IMG/VR virus record: IMGVR_UViG_3300045988_024411
Coordinates: 3,282 to 35,281 of that record
Strand: one strand, 5' to 3'
DNA: 32,000 bases
DNA from: a virus
Below are positions 13,900 to 23,538 of the stretch, in pieces. A program made the translations under genes and the position numbers. Within the stretch, counting starts at the first letter, position 1; each line of letters begins with the position of its first letter. Below the pieces are notes generated by a model. That model was not told the origin of the DNA. It did no database searches and worked only from the letters and a program-made list of their open reading frames with translations.

Positions 13900-14343
13900 A
13901 TGGAAAATGGGATGACCGAAAAACAAATAAAGTTTGCCGATGAGTACATCATCAGCCTAAACGCTACGCAAGCGTACAAGAAGGCTTATCCTAGTATTAA
14001 GAAGATAAGGACGGCAGAAGTCAATGGTAGTAAGCTACTAAGAAATACTGAGGTCAAGGCTTATATAGACGAACGACTGGAACAATTAAAGTCGGAACGT
14101 GTTGCGGATCAACAAGAGGTCATGGAATTTCTAACTGCCGTCATGCGTGGAGAAGTTGAAGAACCCTTGCTGGTCCTCGATGGCGAGGGCATGCAACGCA
14201 TTGCTCAAGCTAAGCCGAACGTCGCTACTCGTCGAGCTGCGGCAGTTGATATCGGTAAGCGTTATAGAATGTGGACAGACAAGGTCGAAGCTGATGTAAC
14301 GCAAGATATCAATATTAATGTCGGTGAATGGAATGACGATTAA
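13900..14343 (+). CDS. terS: Terminase small subunit (Terminase_2 type)
   Basis: MTEKQIKFADEYIISLNATQAYKKAY...LLRNTEVKAYIDERL is the classic N-terminal HTH of Firmicute TerS. The start could be 13900 or 13912. The ORF-track start at 13864 is unlikely because it lies upstream of the SD. Confidence 0.9.
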   Translation: MENGMTEKQIKFADEYIISLNATQAYKKAYPSIKKIRTAEVNGSKLLRNTEVKAYIDERLEQLKSERVADQQEVMEFLTAVMRGEVEEPLLVLDGEGMQRIAQAKPNVATRRAAAVDIGKRYRMWTDKVEADVTQDININVGEWNDD

Positions 14344-15598
14344 TCTTGAAATCAATCCAAGCAAGGTGTTTAATCGGCATATCTATGAGCATTTGTTTGA
14401 TTACGACACATTCACTGAGGTTCATTACGGCGGGGCATCTAGCGGTAAGAGTCATGGGGTCTTCCAGAAGATAGTCCTCAAGGCTCTTAAAAATTGGGAC
14501 AAACCCCGCAAGATATTGATATTGCGAAAAGTAGGCTCTACGGTTCGTGATTCGGTGTTTGCGGACGTGCAAGCAGCCTTGTCTTATTTCGGTGTGCTTG
14601 CTTTGTGCAAGGTTAACATGAGCGCATTCCGTATTGAGCTACCAAACGGCGCTGAACTGATTTTTAAAGGTATGGATAATCCAGAAAAAATCAAGTCTAT
14701 CAAAGGTATTTCAGACGTGGTCATGGAAGAAGCGTCAGAGTTTACGCTTGACGATTACACACAGCTAACACTTCGTTTGAGGGATAAAGCTCACAAGCAG
14801 AAGCAAATCTATTTGATGTTTAACCCGGTATCTAAGGCTAACTGGGTATATAATGCGTTTTTTGTGAAGAACCCTAAAAATACAGTGGTCTATCAAACGA
14901 CGTACAAGGATAATCGCTTTCTGGATGAGTTGACCAAGGAGAATATTGAAGAGCTAGCAAACAGAAACGAAGCCTACTACAAAATCTATGCTCTAGGTGA
15001 GTTTGCCACTCTTGACAAGCTAGTATTTCCAAAATATGAAAAGAGATTACTCAACAAGGACGAGCTTAAACAGCTACCGTCCTTTTTTGGTCTTGACTTC
15101 GGGTTTACTAACGACCCGACGGCGTTTATGCACGTCAAAATAGACCGAGAGAATAAGCGGCTATATATCCTTGAGGAATATGTCAAGAAGGGCTTGCTTA
15201 ACAACCAAATAGCAGAAGCTATAACTAGCTTGGGCTATTCAAAAGAGGTGATTATGGCTGATTCAGCAGAGCAGAAATCTATTGCTGAATTGCAAACGCT
15301 GGGCTTGCGTCGAGCTATTCCAGTAGACAAGGGCAAAGGTTCGGTTCTGCAAGGGATTCAATTCTTGCAGCAGTTCGACATCATCGTTGACGAAAGATGT
15401 GTCAAGACGATTGAGGAGCTTGAAAACTATACATGGCAAAAAGATAAGCATACAAACGAGTACATCAACAAGCCGTGCGATAGCTATAACCACTGTATCG
15501 ACGCTATTAGGTACGCACTGCAGAACCTTATTTTCGTCAAGGATAGGCAGGACGTAGACGCTAAGATAAGACGGGTTAACAAACTGATAAGGAGATAG
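14333..15598 (+). CDS. terL: Terminase large subunit (PBSX/Terminase_3 type, headful packaging)
   Basis: Walker A motif GGASSGKS, a nuclease half ending ...NHCIDAIRYAL, and an ATGA-type overlap with terS. An alternative ATG is at 14318. Confidence 0.9.
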   Translation: MTINLEINPSKVFNRHIYEHLFDYDTFTEVHYGGASSGKSHGVFQKIVLKALKNWDKPRKILILRKVGSTVRDSVFADVQAALSYFGVLALCKVNMSAFRIELPNGAELIFKGMDNPEKIKSIKGISDVVMEEASEFTLDDYTQLTLRLRDKAHKQKQIYLMFNPVSKANWVYNAFFVKNPKNTVVYQTTYKDNRFLDELTKENIEELANRNEAYYKIYALGEFATLDKLVFPKYEKRLLNKDELKQLPSFFGLDFGFTNDPTAFMHVKIDRENKRLYILEEYVKKGLLNNQIAEAITSLGYSKEVIMADSAEQKSIAELQTLGLRRAIPVDKGKGSVLQGIQFLQQFDIIVDERCVKTIEELENYTWQKDKHTNEYINKPCDSYNHCIDAIRYALQNLIFVKDRQDVDAKIRRVNKLIRR

Positions 15599-15599
15599 A

Positions 15600-17099
15600 A
15601 TGACGAACACAACACATAGTGCTGACGACATTTTACATGAAGGACAGTACATTCCTAGATCATACCAATTCGAGCGAGACATGGAACCGACTAGTTTGCA
15701 GAAACGTGAAGACTTCCTTCGCTTTCCCAAAGAAGCTAATACACACTTCATGGCTCAATCAGCGGACGACCTAGTGAACACGTTTGAAGGGCGTGAGAAG
15801 TTAGAAAAGATGGTAGCTCAGTTCCAAGACGGACAGATAGACCGCTTGAATATCCTAGAGAGCTACTCGAACGGGAACAACTACACGATTCTAAATGGCC
15901 GTAAGCGACTAGAACCAGAGAAAGCTGACTACCGTATTAGGCATGATCTGGGCGGACAAGCTAGCCGCTTCTTCACTGGTTATACGGTGGGTCAACCTAT
16001 TTCAATTGGTGCTACTGACACTGACAGCGACTTGACGGCTATTGATGACTTCAACGCTTACAACGACATTGAAGCTCTGAACCGTGAGTTAGTCTATGAC
16101 GCTTCACGTTTTGGGCGAGCGTTTGAGCTGCATTATTATGATGAGTTTGGCAATCCAGCAGTGGTCTTGATTGATGCAAGGGAGATGTTCACAATCCGTA
16201 GCGCAGACGTCCGAAAGGATATCATTGCGGCTGTTCATTGTCCAGTATACAACGGTGAAATGTTTGTCACAGTTTACACCGACAACAAGATTGTCAGCTA
16301 TGATCCAAACTGGCAGGAAATTGAACGCAAAGAAAACCCATTTGGAATGGTGCCAGTGGTTGAATGGCAAAACAACCGAGAACGTTCGGGAGACTGGGAG
16401 AAAGGTATTCCAATCATTGACGCTTACGACGCAGCAGAGTCAGACACGGCTAACTATATGTCAGACCTTAACGATGCCATGCTTGTTATCAAGGGGGATG
16501 TTGAAAGTACCGGCATGAATGCGTCCGACATCATGAAAATGAAACACGCTAACATGCTAGTGCTTGAGAGCGGTGTTGGACACAACGGACAGCAAACGTC
16601 ACTAGATGCCGGCTATATCTACAAACAATACGATGTGAGCGGTGTTGAAGCGTACAAGTCACGCTTGATTAAAGACTTCTTCCGAATTGTCGGGCTACCT
16701 AACTTGCAAGACGATTCGACTTTCTCAGCTACGTCTGGGATTGCTATCCGCTATAAGCTCGTTGACTTGCAGCAAGTTACAGCCGTGAAGCGTGGGTTCT
16801 TTGTTAAGGCGCTCAGACGACGCTATAAGTTGCTTGAGTTGCTATCTAACAACCTCAAAGGGATCGAACCAGTGGACGCTGACATGCTGACATTCACATT
16901 TCATGAGAACCTGCCAACGGACGTATGGGCTGAGATTCAATCTGCTATCAATTCCGGCATGGAAATCTCACAAGAGACGCTTATGGAATCAGCTAGCTTC
17001 ACCGATGCACGCAAAGAAAAGAGCCGTTTGCTCAAAGAGGGCGGGGCTACTGATCTAGAAGTTAGCCAGATTGTAGGTGTTGAGGATGATGACGAATAA
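15600..17099 (+). CDS. Portal protein (SPP1 gp6-like)
   Basis: 499 aa. It lies directly after terL, and its size and acidic C-terminus are typical of portals. Confidence 0.85.
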   Translation: MTNTTHSADDILHEGQYIPRSYQFERDMEPTSLQKREDFLRFPKEANTHFMAQSADDLVNTFEGREKLEKMVAQFQDGQIDRLNILESYSNGNNYTILNGRKRLEPEKADYRIRHDLGGQASRFFTGYTVGQPISIGATDTDSDLTAIDDFNAYNDIEALNRELVYDASRFGRAFELHYYDEFGNPAVVLIDAREMFTIRSADVRKDIIAAVHCPVYNGEMFVTVYTDNKIVSYDPNWQEIERKENPFGMVPVVEWQNNRERSGDWEKGIPIIDAYDAAESDTANYMSDLNDAMLVIKGDVESTGMNASDIMKMKHANMLVLESGVGHNGQQTSLDAGYIYKQYDVSGVEAYKSRLIKDFFRIVGLPNLQDDSTFSATSGIAIRYKLVDLQQVTAVKRGFFVKALRRRYKLLELLSNNLKGIEPVDADMLTFTFHENLPTDVWAEIQSAINSGMEISQETLMESASFTDARKEKSRLLKEGGATDLEVSQIVGVEDDDE

Positions 17100-18042
17100 T
17101 GAACGCTACAATGCTGAACGCAAAGCACAATCAGACCTAATCAAGCGGGACATAGAACGTGACAAGGTCTTAAAAGAGCTCTATCAAGCGTCATATAACC
17201 GTATGCAAAGCCAAATAAACGGCTTTTACATGCGCTATGCTGACAAAGAGGGGCTAAGCCGTGCTGAAGCTATGAAGCGGGCTAGTGAGTTTGATGTCAC
17301 CGAGTACAAGAGCCGAGCTAGAAAAGCAGTAGTTGAGAAAGACTTCTCACACGGCACTAATCAATGGCTAAGACTGTTTAACTTAAAAATGAAAGTCAGC
17401 CGTTTGGAGCTACTCAAAGCAGAATTAAGGCTTGAAATAGCTAGTCTTATATCAGACGTTAACGAAGTCTTCGACGAAGCGCGTGAGAGTGAATATTTAG
17501 CTGAATTTAAGCGTCAAGCGGGTATCTTGGGCAATTCTGCTGTCAATGCAGTGAGTCGCATGAGAGCTATTTTAGACGCTGATTTCTACGGGCAGAATTT
17601 TAGTCGTAGAGTTTGGGGCAGAAACGGACTTCATGCAAACATGCAGAAGGATGTGTTTAGCTCGTTAGCACGGATCTTCACCGACATGGACGGTTTTAAG
17701 CAGGAACGGCAGCGATTAGCTAAGAAATATAACACAAGCCAAGCCAACGCCCAACGATTGCTCAAGACCGAAATAGCTCGCATTAATGCTGATACAGAAT
17801 TGATGATGTTGAAGGAGAATGACTTCACGCATTTAATCTATGTTGCAGAAAGTGGGGCTTGCGATATCTGTAAGCCCTTGGATAGAAAAGCCATACCGAT
17901 TAACAAGGCGGAAAAAGGGGTTAACATGTACCCAATGCACCCTAACTGTCGCTGTTCAGCGTATGGACACATCAAAATGGAATATAAAGCTGGTGGCAGC
18001 ACTCTTGACGAAGAAGCTGTTAACGGCGTGTGGGGTGAATAG
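17086..18042 (+). CDS. Minor head / head-morphogenesis protein (SPP1 gp7, Mu F-like)
   Basis: C-terminal ...CDICKPLDRKAIPINKAEKGVNMYPMHPNCRCS is the gp7-family signature. The AGGTG SD favours ATG 17086 over GTG 17077. Confidence 0.85.
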   Translation: MMTNNERYNAERKAQSDLIKRDIERDKVLKELYQASYNRMQSQINGFYMRYADKEGLSRAEAMKRASEFDVTEYKSRARKAVVEKDFSHGTNQWLRLFNLKMKVSRLELLKAELRLEIASLISDVNEVFDEARESEYLAEFKRQAGILGNSAVNAVSRMRAILDADFYGQNFSRRVWGRNGLHANMQKDVFSSLARIFTDMDGFKQERQRLAKKYNTSQANAQRLLKTEIARINADTELMMLKENDFTHLIYVAESGACDICKPLDRKAIPINKAEKGVNMYPMHPNCRCSAYGHIKMEYKAGGSTLDEEAVNGVWGE

Positions 18043-18128
18043 CCCCTTGTCCAGACCGTGCTGAGGACGTTAAAAGCTGCATGAGTTCGTCGAGGTTGGA
18101 CGTAAAAGCGTAAAGAAAGGAGCCTATC

Positions 18129-18680
18129 ATGGCAGAAAAAGAACTTGAAACAGTTGAGAATCCTCAAGAGGTTGAAGCTAGCCAACCAGAAAAAGAGGAG
18201 AAGATGGTGTCAGTTGCTGAAATGCAGCGTAGACTCAAACAGATGGAAGAAAAACATACTCTTGAAATTGCTGATATGCAAACCGGTATTCAATCTCAAA
18301 TCGAGGAAGCCGTTGCTAAAGCTAAAATGAGTGAAGAAGAACTTCAAGAGCTGCAACAGAAACAGCGGGATAAAGAATTCGAAGAAGCCCAGAGCACAAT
18401 TGCAGCGCTTCAAGCTCAAATCGCTCAACGTCAAATGCAGGATATCGCTATTAAAGAGCTCGAAGCTCAAGGCGTGCCTGTCAATGAGTCAACGCTTGCA
18501 TTCGTAGTCAAAGGCGATGAAGAAGCTACTAAGCTAGCTGTTTCAAACATGGCTAACATCTTAAACTTGCAGAAACGAGAGGAAGCCAAAGCTCTACCAC
18601 CTCGCACAAGCGGTGGAGAGGAAGGGAGCTCACATCGTGGAAAAGACAAGTTTGATAAAGCCAAAATCACTAATTTCTAA
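18129..18680 (+). CDS. Scaffolding protein
   Basis: 183 aa, acidic, all coiled coil. Its position between the gp7-like protein and the major capsid protein supports the call. AAAGGAG SD. Confidence 0.75.
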   Translation: MAEKELETVENPQEVEASQPEKEEKMVSVAEMQRRLKQMEEKHTLEIADMQTGIQSQIEEAVAKAKMSEEELQELQQKQRDKEFEEAQSTIAALQAQIAQRQMQDIAIKELEAQGVPVNESTLAFVVKGDEEATKLAVSNMANILNLQKREEAKALPPRTSGGEEGSSHRGKDKFDKAKITNF

Positions 18681-18698
18681 TCAAAGAAAGGAGAGCGT

Positions 18699-19631
18699 AT
18701 GGCTCAACAAAAATTCAATCCGGACACAGTCCTATTGTCTGACTCTCTTGGTAAAGAGATTACATCAGAATACATCACTGATCTTTTCACTGACGAACTT
18801 GTAAAAACTTCAAAAGTCATTCAGCTTGGTCAAAAAGTTGAAATGGAAGGCAAAATGGTCCGCAAGGGCGTTGAAGTTGGTCAATTGACAGACGCTTACT
18901 TTGTTGGTGAAGGTCAAAAAATCGGCACTGCAAAAGTACAAACTAAATCTTACGTTCTTGAATCTCGTAAATTGGCAGTTATCTTGCCAGTTACAGAAGA
19001 AGTCCTCAACTACACTTGGACTGACTTCTTCGAGTCGATCAAGGACAAGATTGTTGATCTTTTCAACAAGAAGATTGACGGTGCTGCATTCCTTGGTTTG
19101 TATAACAACCCATTCGGTGCTAACGTTTTGGCGTCTGCTAAACGTGCTCAGAACATTGTATCTGGTGACATCAACCTCAATAACATCTACGACGTTGAGG
19201 ACAAGTCAGAAAAAGAACCTAACGCATTCGTGGGGCACCGCACAATCAACCGCACACTTCGTGGAATTGTGGATAATGTGAACGGTGGTCAACACATCTT
19301 CACTAAGCCAGCTAACCCTAACGCAATCGGAGAGCTTGATGGTCTTCCATACTCACAACTTCAATTGCAAGACGGGCAAACTTACCCAGCAGGTACTTTG
19401 ATTACTGGTAACTTCAATGGTTTGGTTTACGGTATTCCAAACGGTACTAACTTGCGTCTTAAAATCGCTGATCAAGCTACCTTGTCTAAAGTTCAAAACA
19501 ATGGCGACCTTGATTCCGGTGACGTTCACTTGTTCGAACAAGACATGCAAGCACTCCGTGCTATCTTTGAAATTGCCGTAGCGATTCCAAACGATGAAGC
19601 ATTTGCAGCTATCCAACCTGTAGGAGTCTAG
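18699..19631 (+). CDS. Major capsid protein
   Basis: 310 aa, with an AAAGGAG SD, highly biased (expression-type) codon usage, and a position directly after the scaffold gene. Confidence 0.85.
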   Translation: MAQQKFNPDTVLLSDSLGKEITSEYITDLFTDELVKTSKVIQLGQKVEMEGKMVRKGVEVGQLTDAYFVGEGQKIGTAKVQTKSYVLESRKLAVILPVTEEVLNYTWTDFFESIKDKIVDLFNKKIDGAAFLGLYNNPFGANVLASAKRAQNIVSGDINLNNIYDVEDKSEKEPNAFVGHRTINRTLRGIVDNVNGGQHIFTKPANPNAIGELDGLPYSQLQLQDGQTYPAGTLITGNFNGLVYGIPNGTNLRLKIADQATLSKVQNNGDLDSGDVHLFEQDMQALRAIFEIAVAIPNDEAFAAIQPVGV

Positions 19632-19644
19632 TCAGGAGGTTTAA

Positions 19645-19917
19645 GTGGCCTATAAAGCTAAGATTACATTCCGTGACTTGCAAGATAACGAATATATCTA
19701 CCAAGTCGGGGAAACTTACCCACGAGAAGGCTATGAGCCTACTAAAGAGCGTGTGGTAGAAGTTCTTGAAAAGGGCGGCATCGAACAAGTCGAGCCGTCA
19801 AAAGAGCTTACGGTCAAAGAGCTCAAAGCAAAACTTGATGAAGCCGGTATCGAGTATGATGCCAAAGCAAAAAAAGCAGATTTAGAAGTTCTTCTAAAGG
19901 CTGCGGAGGAGGTCTAA
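19645..19917 (+). CDS. HeH/SAP-motif small head-associated protein (90 aa)
   Basis: GGAGG SD and a GTG start. C-terminal LTVKELKAKLDEAGIEYDAKAKKADLEVLL is a helix-extension-helix (Rho-N/LEM-like) motif. Confidence 0.65.
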   Translation: MAYKAKITFRDLQDNEYIYQVGETYPREGYEPTKERVVEVLEKGGIEQVEPSKELTVKELKAKLDEAGIEYDAKAKKADLEVLLKAAEEV

Positions 19918-19918
19918 A

Positions 19919-20266
19919 ATGAACGATATCCAACTAGAGAAGATTAAGCGTCGGTTGGGTATCGACGTTGAAGACAATCTTGAGGATAAATTGATTGAAG
20001 ACTTAGTCAATGACGCTGAGAGTTATTTCAAGGCGCTTGTCGGAACAACCGAGATTGACAAGAAGTATCATTTCATCATCGAAAATGTTGTTTACAAACT
20101 CTATGGCCGTAAGGGATCAGAGGGTGTCAAAACCGAAAACGTAGACGGCTATTCAGTCACCTATGAAGATTGGGACGACATGTTCAAACCTTACAGAAAG
20201 ATTCTGGACAAAGATTTCGGTCTGGACGGCTCGTTAGCTCGAAAAGGTAAGGTGAAGTTTCTATGA
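19919..20266 (+). CDS. Head-tail connector (gp6-like) protein
   Basis: N-terminal ...LEKIKRRLGIDVEDNLEDKLIEDLVNDAESYF is typical of this family. Gene order supports the call. Confidence 0.7.
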   Translation: MNDIQLEKIKRRLGIDVEDNLEDKLIEDLVNDAESYFKALVGTTEIDKKYHFIIENVVYKLYGRKGSEGVKTENVDGYSVTYEDWDDMFKPYRKILDKDFGLDGSLARKGKVKFL

Positions 20267-20571
20267 AAACACCGCACCGCATCAAGCTAGTGAAGCAGGG
20301 CGCTTCGACTTACAACCCGATTACTGATAAGCACGAAGAAAAGGCACAGTCTAGTAAGATTGTGCCTTGTTTGGTTAACTTCATTGACCAGCAGCGTGCA
20401 TTTGAAGCCTACGGGAGCAGGTCAGACGTTGTCATGATATGCCGATTCAGTCAAGAGCAGAAGCCGTTTGACTACGCTCTTTATGAGGGCAAGAAGTATT
20501 ACCCTATCGAACAGATTGACGCACCGATTAAGGGCGCAATCAGATTGAAAAGAGGTGAGCTAAATGGCTAA
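20263..20571 (+). CDS. Head-closure / head-tail adaptor protein
   Basis: ATGA overlap, about 100 aa, and a conserved gene-order position. Confidence 0.6.
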   Translation: MKTPHRIKLVKQGASTYNPITDKHEEKAQSSKIVPCLVNFIDQQRAFEAYGSRSDVVMICRFSQEQKPFDYALYEGKKYYPIEQIDAPIKGAIRLKRGELNG

Positions 20572-20917
20572 TTTCACAATCGAGTGGAGAGGGGACACGG
20601 TCCTCGCTGCTGCTTTGAATAAGGCAAGCCAAGGGGTTAGAACACAAGCTCAAACTGCTCTTAAAAACTCAGCTGAGAAAGGCAAGAGCATTTCAAAAGG
20701 GCTTGCGCCAGTTGATACTGGTTTCTTGAGAGCTAATATCACCACTAGGCACATAGGTGAAGAATCACACATTCATTCAGCCGCCTCTTATAGCGGTTTC
20801 CAAGAGTTTGGGACACGCTATCAGCCCGGTAAGCCGTTTATGCGCCCTATGATGCAACAAATCGAGCCCTACTTCACTGAACAAATCCGTAAAGTTATGG
20901 AAGGAGCCTTTAAATGA
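20564..20917 (+). CDS. HK97 gp10-family tail-completion / head-tail joining protein
   Basis: APVDTGFLRANI and SGFQEFGTRYQPGKPFMRP blocks. Confidence 0.8.
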   Translation: MANFTIEWRGDTVLAAALNKASQGVRTQAQTALKNSAEKGKSISKGLAPVDTGFLRANITTRHIGEESHIHSAASYSGFQEFGTRYQPGKPFMRPMMQQIEPYFTEQIRKVMEGAFK

Positions 20918-21294
20918 CACCTAGCCACGACTTATTCAGAAATCTATTTGCTATTGCTAGCGAGACGCTGGCAACTTACGACTATTTACCCGATTCATCC
21001 GCAAGCTATCCATTCGCGTTTATCGGTGAGAATAGCTCAGCGCCTACACTCAATAACGACAATTTTGGAATGATAAGACAAACCGTCCATCTCTACGGGA
21101 CTAGAGTGCAGCGTGCAGAGTTAGACACCCACTGCCAAGCGTTAGAACAAGCTAGCGAACGAATTAAAGGGTTTGAATACAACCTATTGAAGACTGGTAC
21201 AGACAAGCAAGTCTTACCGGATAATACAGACGTCCAGCCATTGATCCACATTGTGCTGGATTTTTCATTTTCATATACCAAAAAGGAGGAATAA
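20914..21294 (+). CDS. Tail terminator-like protein
   Basis: The call rests on gene order, immediately upstream of the major tail protein, and on the ATGA overlap. Confidence 0.5.
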   Translation: MTPSHDLFRNLFAIASETLATYDYLPDSSASYPFAFIGENSSAPTLNNDNFGMIRQTVHLYGTRVQRAELDTHCQALEQASERIKGFEYNLLKTGTDKQVLPDNTDVQPLIHIVLDFSFSYTKKEE

Positions 21295-21837
21295 ATGGCA
21301 GAACTTATTTTAGGTAAAGACCTAATGGTCTTCTTCCGTCGTGTTAAAGATCAAAAGACACAAGACGCTGCTAAAGTACGTTTCCAAACAGAACATACCA
21401 TCAACGCTGAAAAAGAGGTCGAAACTACTAAGACAAAAGACGGTGTTGTTAACTCAATCTCAGACGGTGAAGTATCTGGGGAGTTCGTATCACTCGCTTA
21501 TCGTGAAGATGGCACAACTACTGAAATGTGGCGTGAAATGCGTAAATGGTTCATCGCAGGCGAAAAAGTAGAGTGCTGGCAAGTTGACCTTGCTTCTAAA
21601 CGCACTTCTGGTAGCAAGGATGTCTATGACGTTGAATATTACCAAGGCTATCTTAAGAACTTTGAAATTTCAGCACCCGCTGACGACAAAGTGGAGCTTT
21701 CTTACGAAATGGCTATCGACGGCAACGGTATTATTTCAACTGACAGCTTGACAGAAGCTCAGAAGAAAGCAGTCGCAAGCGCTCAATACGACTATCACAC
21801 TCTTGCTAAAGAAGACGGCCTAACGGCATCTATCTAG
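21295..21837 (+). CDS. Major tail protein (TP901-1/phi13 type)
   Basis: 180 aa, in the canonical position, followed by a strong terminator and the chaperone pair. Confidence 0.8.
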   Translation: MAELILGKDLMVFFRRVKDQKTQDAAKVRFQTEHTINAEKEVETTKTKDGVVNSISDGEVSGEFVSLAYREDGTTTEMWREMRKWFIAGEKVECWQVDLASKRTSGSKDVYDVEYYQGYLKNFEISAPADDKVELSYEMAIDGNGIISTDSLTEAQKKAVASAQYDYHTLAKEDGLTASI

Positions 21838-21844
21838 TCTAATT

Positions 21845-21872
21845 GCAGGGGCTTTGTGCCCTTGCTTTTTTT
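21845..21872 (+). terminator. Rho-independent terminator after the major tail protein gene
   Basis: GCAGGGGC-TTTGT-GCCCTTGC followed by TTTTTTT. Confidence 0.8.
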
Positions 21873-21892
21873 GTACAAAGGAGAAATAAAAC

Positions 21893-22234
21893 ATGATTCT
21901 ATCTATCAACGGACGAGACTTTGAATTGAAATTCGGACTTGCGTTCTTGCGTGAAATCAACAAATTGCACTCAGCAGAACTTGAGGGCATGAAGACTGGT
22001 TACGGTGCTATGACATTGATTTCAGCCGGTGTCGCTATCAACGACCCGTTGGCATTTGTGGATATCATCAAAGCTGGTACGATTACAGCACCACAAAAGC
22101 CAAGTGACGCTGACATTGAAGCCTATCTTGCTGATTTGATTGACAAAGGTAAATACAAAGAGACAATCGGCTCTATTATTGACGAGTTAAAAGCGTCATC
22201 CCTACTCAAACTCGCAATGAACGTTCAAGAGTAG
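21893..22234 (+). CDS. Tail assembly chaperone (gpG-like)
   Basis: 113 aa, with an AAAGGAG SD and a position between the major tail protein and TMP. Confidence 0.8.
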   Translation: MILSINGRDFELKFGLAFLREINKLHSAELEGMKTGYGAMTLISAGVAINDPLAFVDIIKAGTITAPQKPSDADIEAYLADLIDKGKYKETIGSIIDELKASSLLKLAMNVQE

Positions 22235-22611
22235 GGCAAAGTCAACCAGATTATGATTTCAGCTATGACGACGCAATGGCCCTCTTGATTGCAAGGCACG
22301 GCATGAGCTATGTCGAAGCTGCTAGGACAACGCTTGTTGAATTTGAGGTATATAATACCGCCTACGCTATTAAACAAGAGGACATCCGCTTTAACGCAGC
22401 TATTCAAGCATGGTATAACCAGACCGTGCAAGCTACCAAAGGCAAGGGCAAAAGTGTTCGTTCAGCTTACAGAACCTTTAATGAGTTTTATGATCATGAG
22501 AAAGAGTTCAGCAAGATATTTAAACCAGAGGACACTGTGCCTAGAAGTCGAGCGCTCTCGTTAGCTGATAAGAATAGGATCATCAATCAAAAAATGAAAG
22601 GGGGTAGTTAA
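21893..22611 (+). CDS. Tail assembly chaperone frameshift product (gpGT-like; -1 shift within 22183-22234)
   Basis: The downstream ORF is in the -1 frame, open from 22183. It overlaps the end of gpG, has no SD before its first ATG (22276), and ends with an ATG overlap onto the TMP start. Confidence 0.6.
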
Positions 22612-23255
22612 TGGGAGTATCTTTTGACGTTACGGCCATACTTCGTGCCAACTCAAGCGACTTCACCAACGGTGTCAATGCTGCTAAGTCTGCCCTTGCT
22701 GATTTAAAAAATCAGTCTGGGGGCATGCTTGCTCAAGTTGGTAGCAGTTTAAAGTCAGTTGGTAGCGCCATGCAGTCAGTCGGAGCTGGAATGACCACAG
22801 CTTTTACACTGCCTATGGTTGGAGGTTTGACTGCCGTCATCAAAGGCTATGCAGACCTTGAGCAATCTTTGGGTGGTGTTTCTACGCTATTCAAACAGAA
22901 TGGCTCAAGCGTCAATACCCTTGCCAGAGACTACGGCATGACCAGACAGCAAGCTCAAGCGCTCTATAACACTATGGACCGTGAGGGAACCAACGTTATT
23001 GAGAATGCCAACCGAGCCTATAGGACGGCTGGTGTGTCTGCTAACCGCTATATGGAGCAGGTGACATCGTTCTCAGCTACCTTGTTACAAGGTCTAGGCG
23101 GTGATACTGCCAAGGCTGCGAAATACGGTGATAAAGCCCTTGTCCAAATGTCGGATAATGCGAACAAGTTCGGTACTAACATGACGGACATTCAAAACGC
23201 TTATCAAGGTTTTGCCAAGGACAACTATTCAATGTTGGACAACTTGAAACTCGGT
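22611..23255 (+). CDS. Tape measure protein, exon 1 (215 codons). The unspliced frame reads on to a stop at 23318.
   Basis: Ends ...AYQGFAKDNYSMLDNLKLG at the proposed 5' splice site. Confidence 0.8.
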
Positions 23256-23538
23256 AGAAAAACCATAGCCGAGTATAAACCTAGTGAAAACGGTGAAACT
23301 CTACGCTACACGGCGTAGACAATACCGTGCTAAGCTTAGAAACAGGAAAGTGTAACGACTATCGAAACAGAAAAAGCATCCGATAAGGGTGTTTTTTTAA
23401 TGGAGTAGAGTAGGCTCAAGCGAGCCGAAGCGCTAGGGTGTATTTAATACATAAGAGATAGTCTAATCTCTATGGCGACATAGAGCAGTCTTCAAAAGGC
23501 GGTTGTGATTTAGCGAATCACAGCGAATATGTACCGTG
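23256..23538 (+). ncRNA. Group I self-splicing intron (283 nt, no homing-endonuclease ORF)
   Basis: P1 with a U-G wobble at the splice site, P10 complementary to the start of exon 2, a terminal G, and candidate P2, P3, P8 (GNRA loop) and P9 hairpins. Details are in the findings. Confidence 0.75.

Noticed and set aside
18076-18117. A 12/13-nt direct repeat, GGACGT(T)AAAAGC, upstream of the scaffold gene.
   Set aside because: It is short and occurs only twice. It is plausibly chance or a minor promoter-region feature, and there is no further structure around it.
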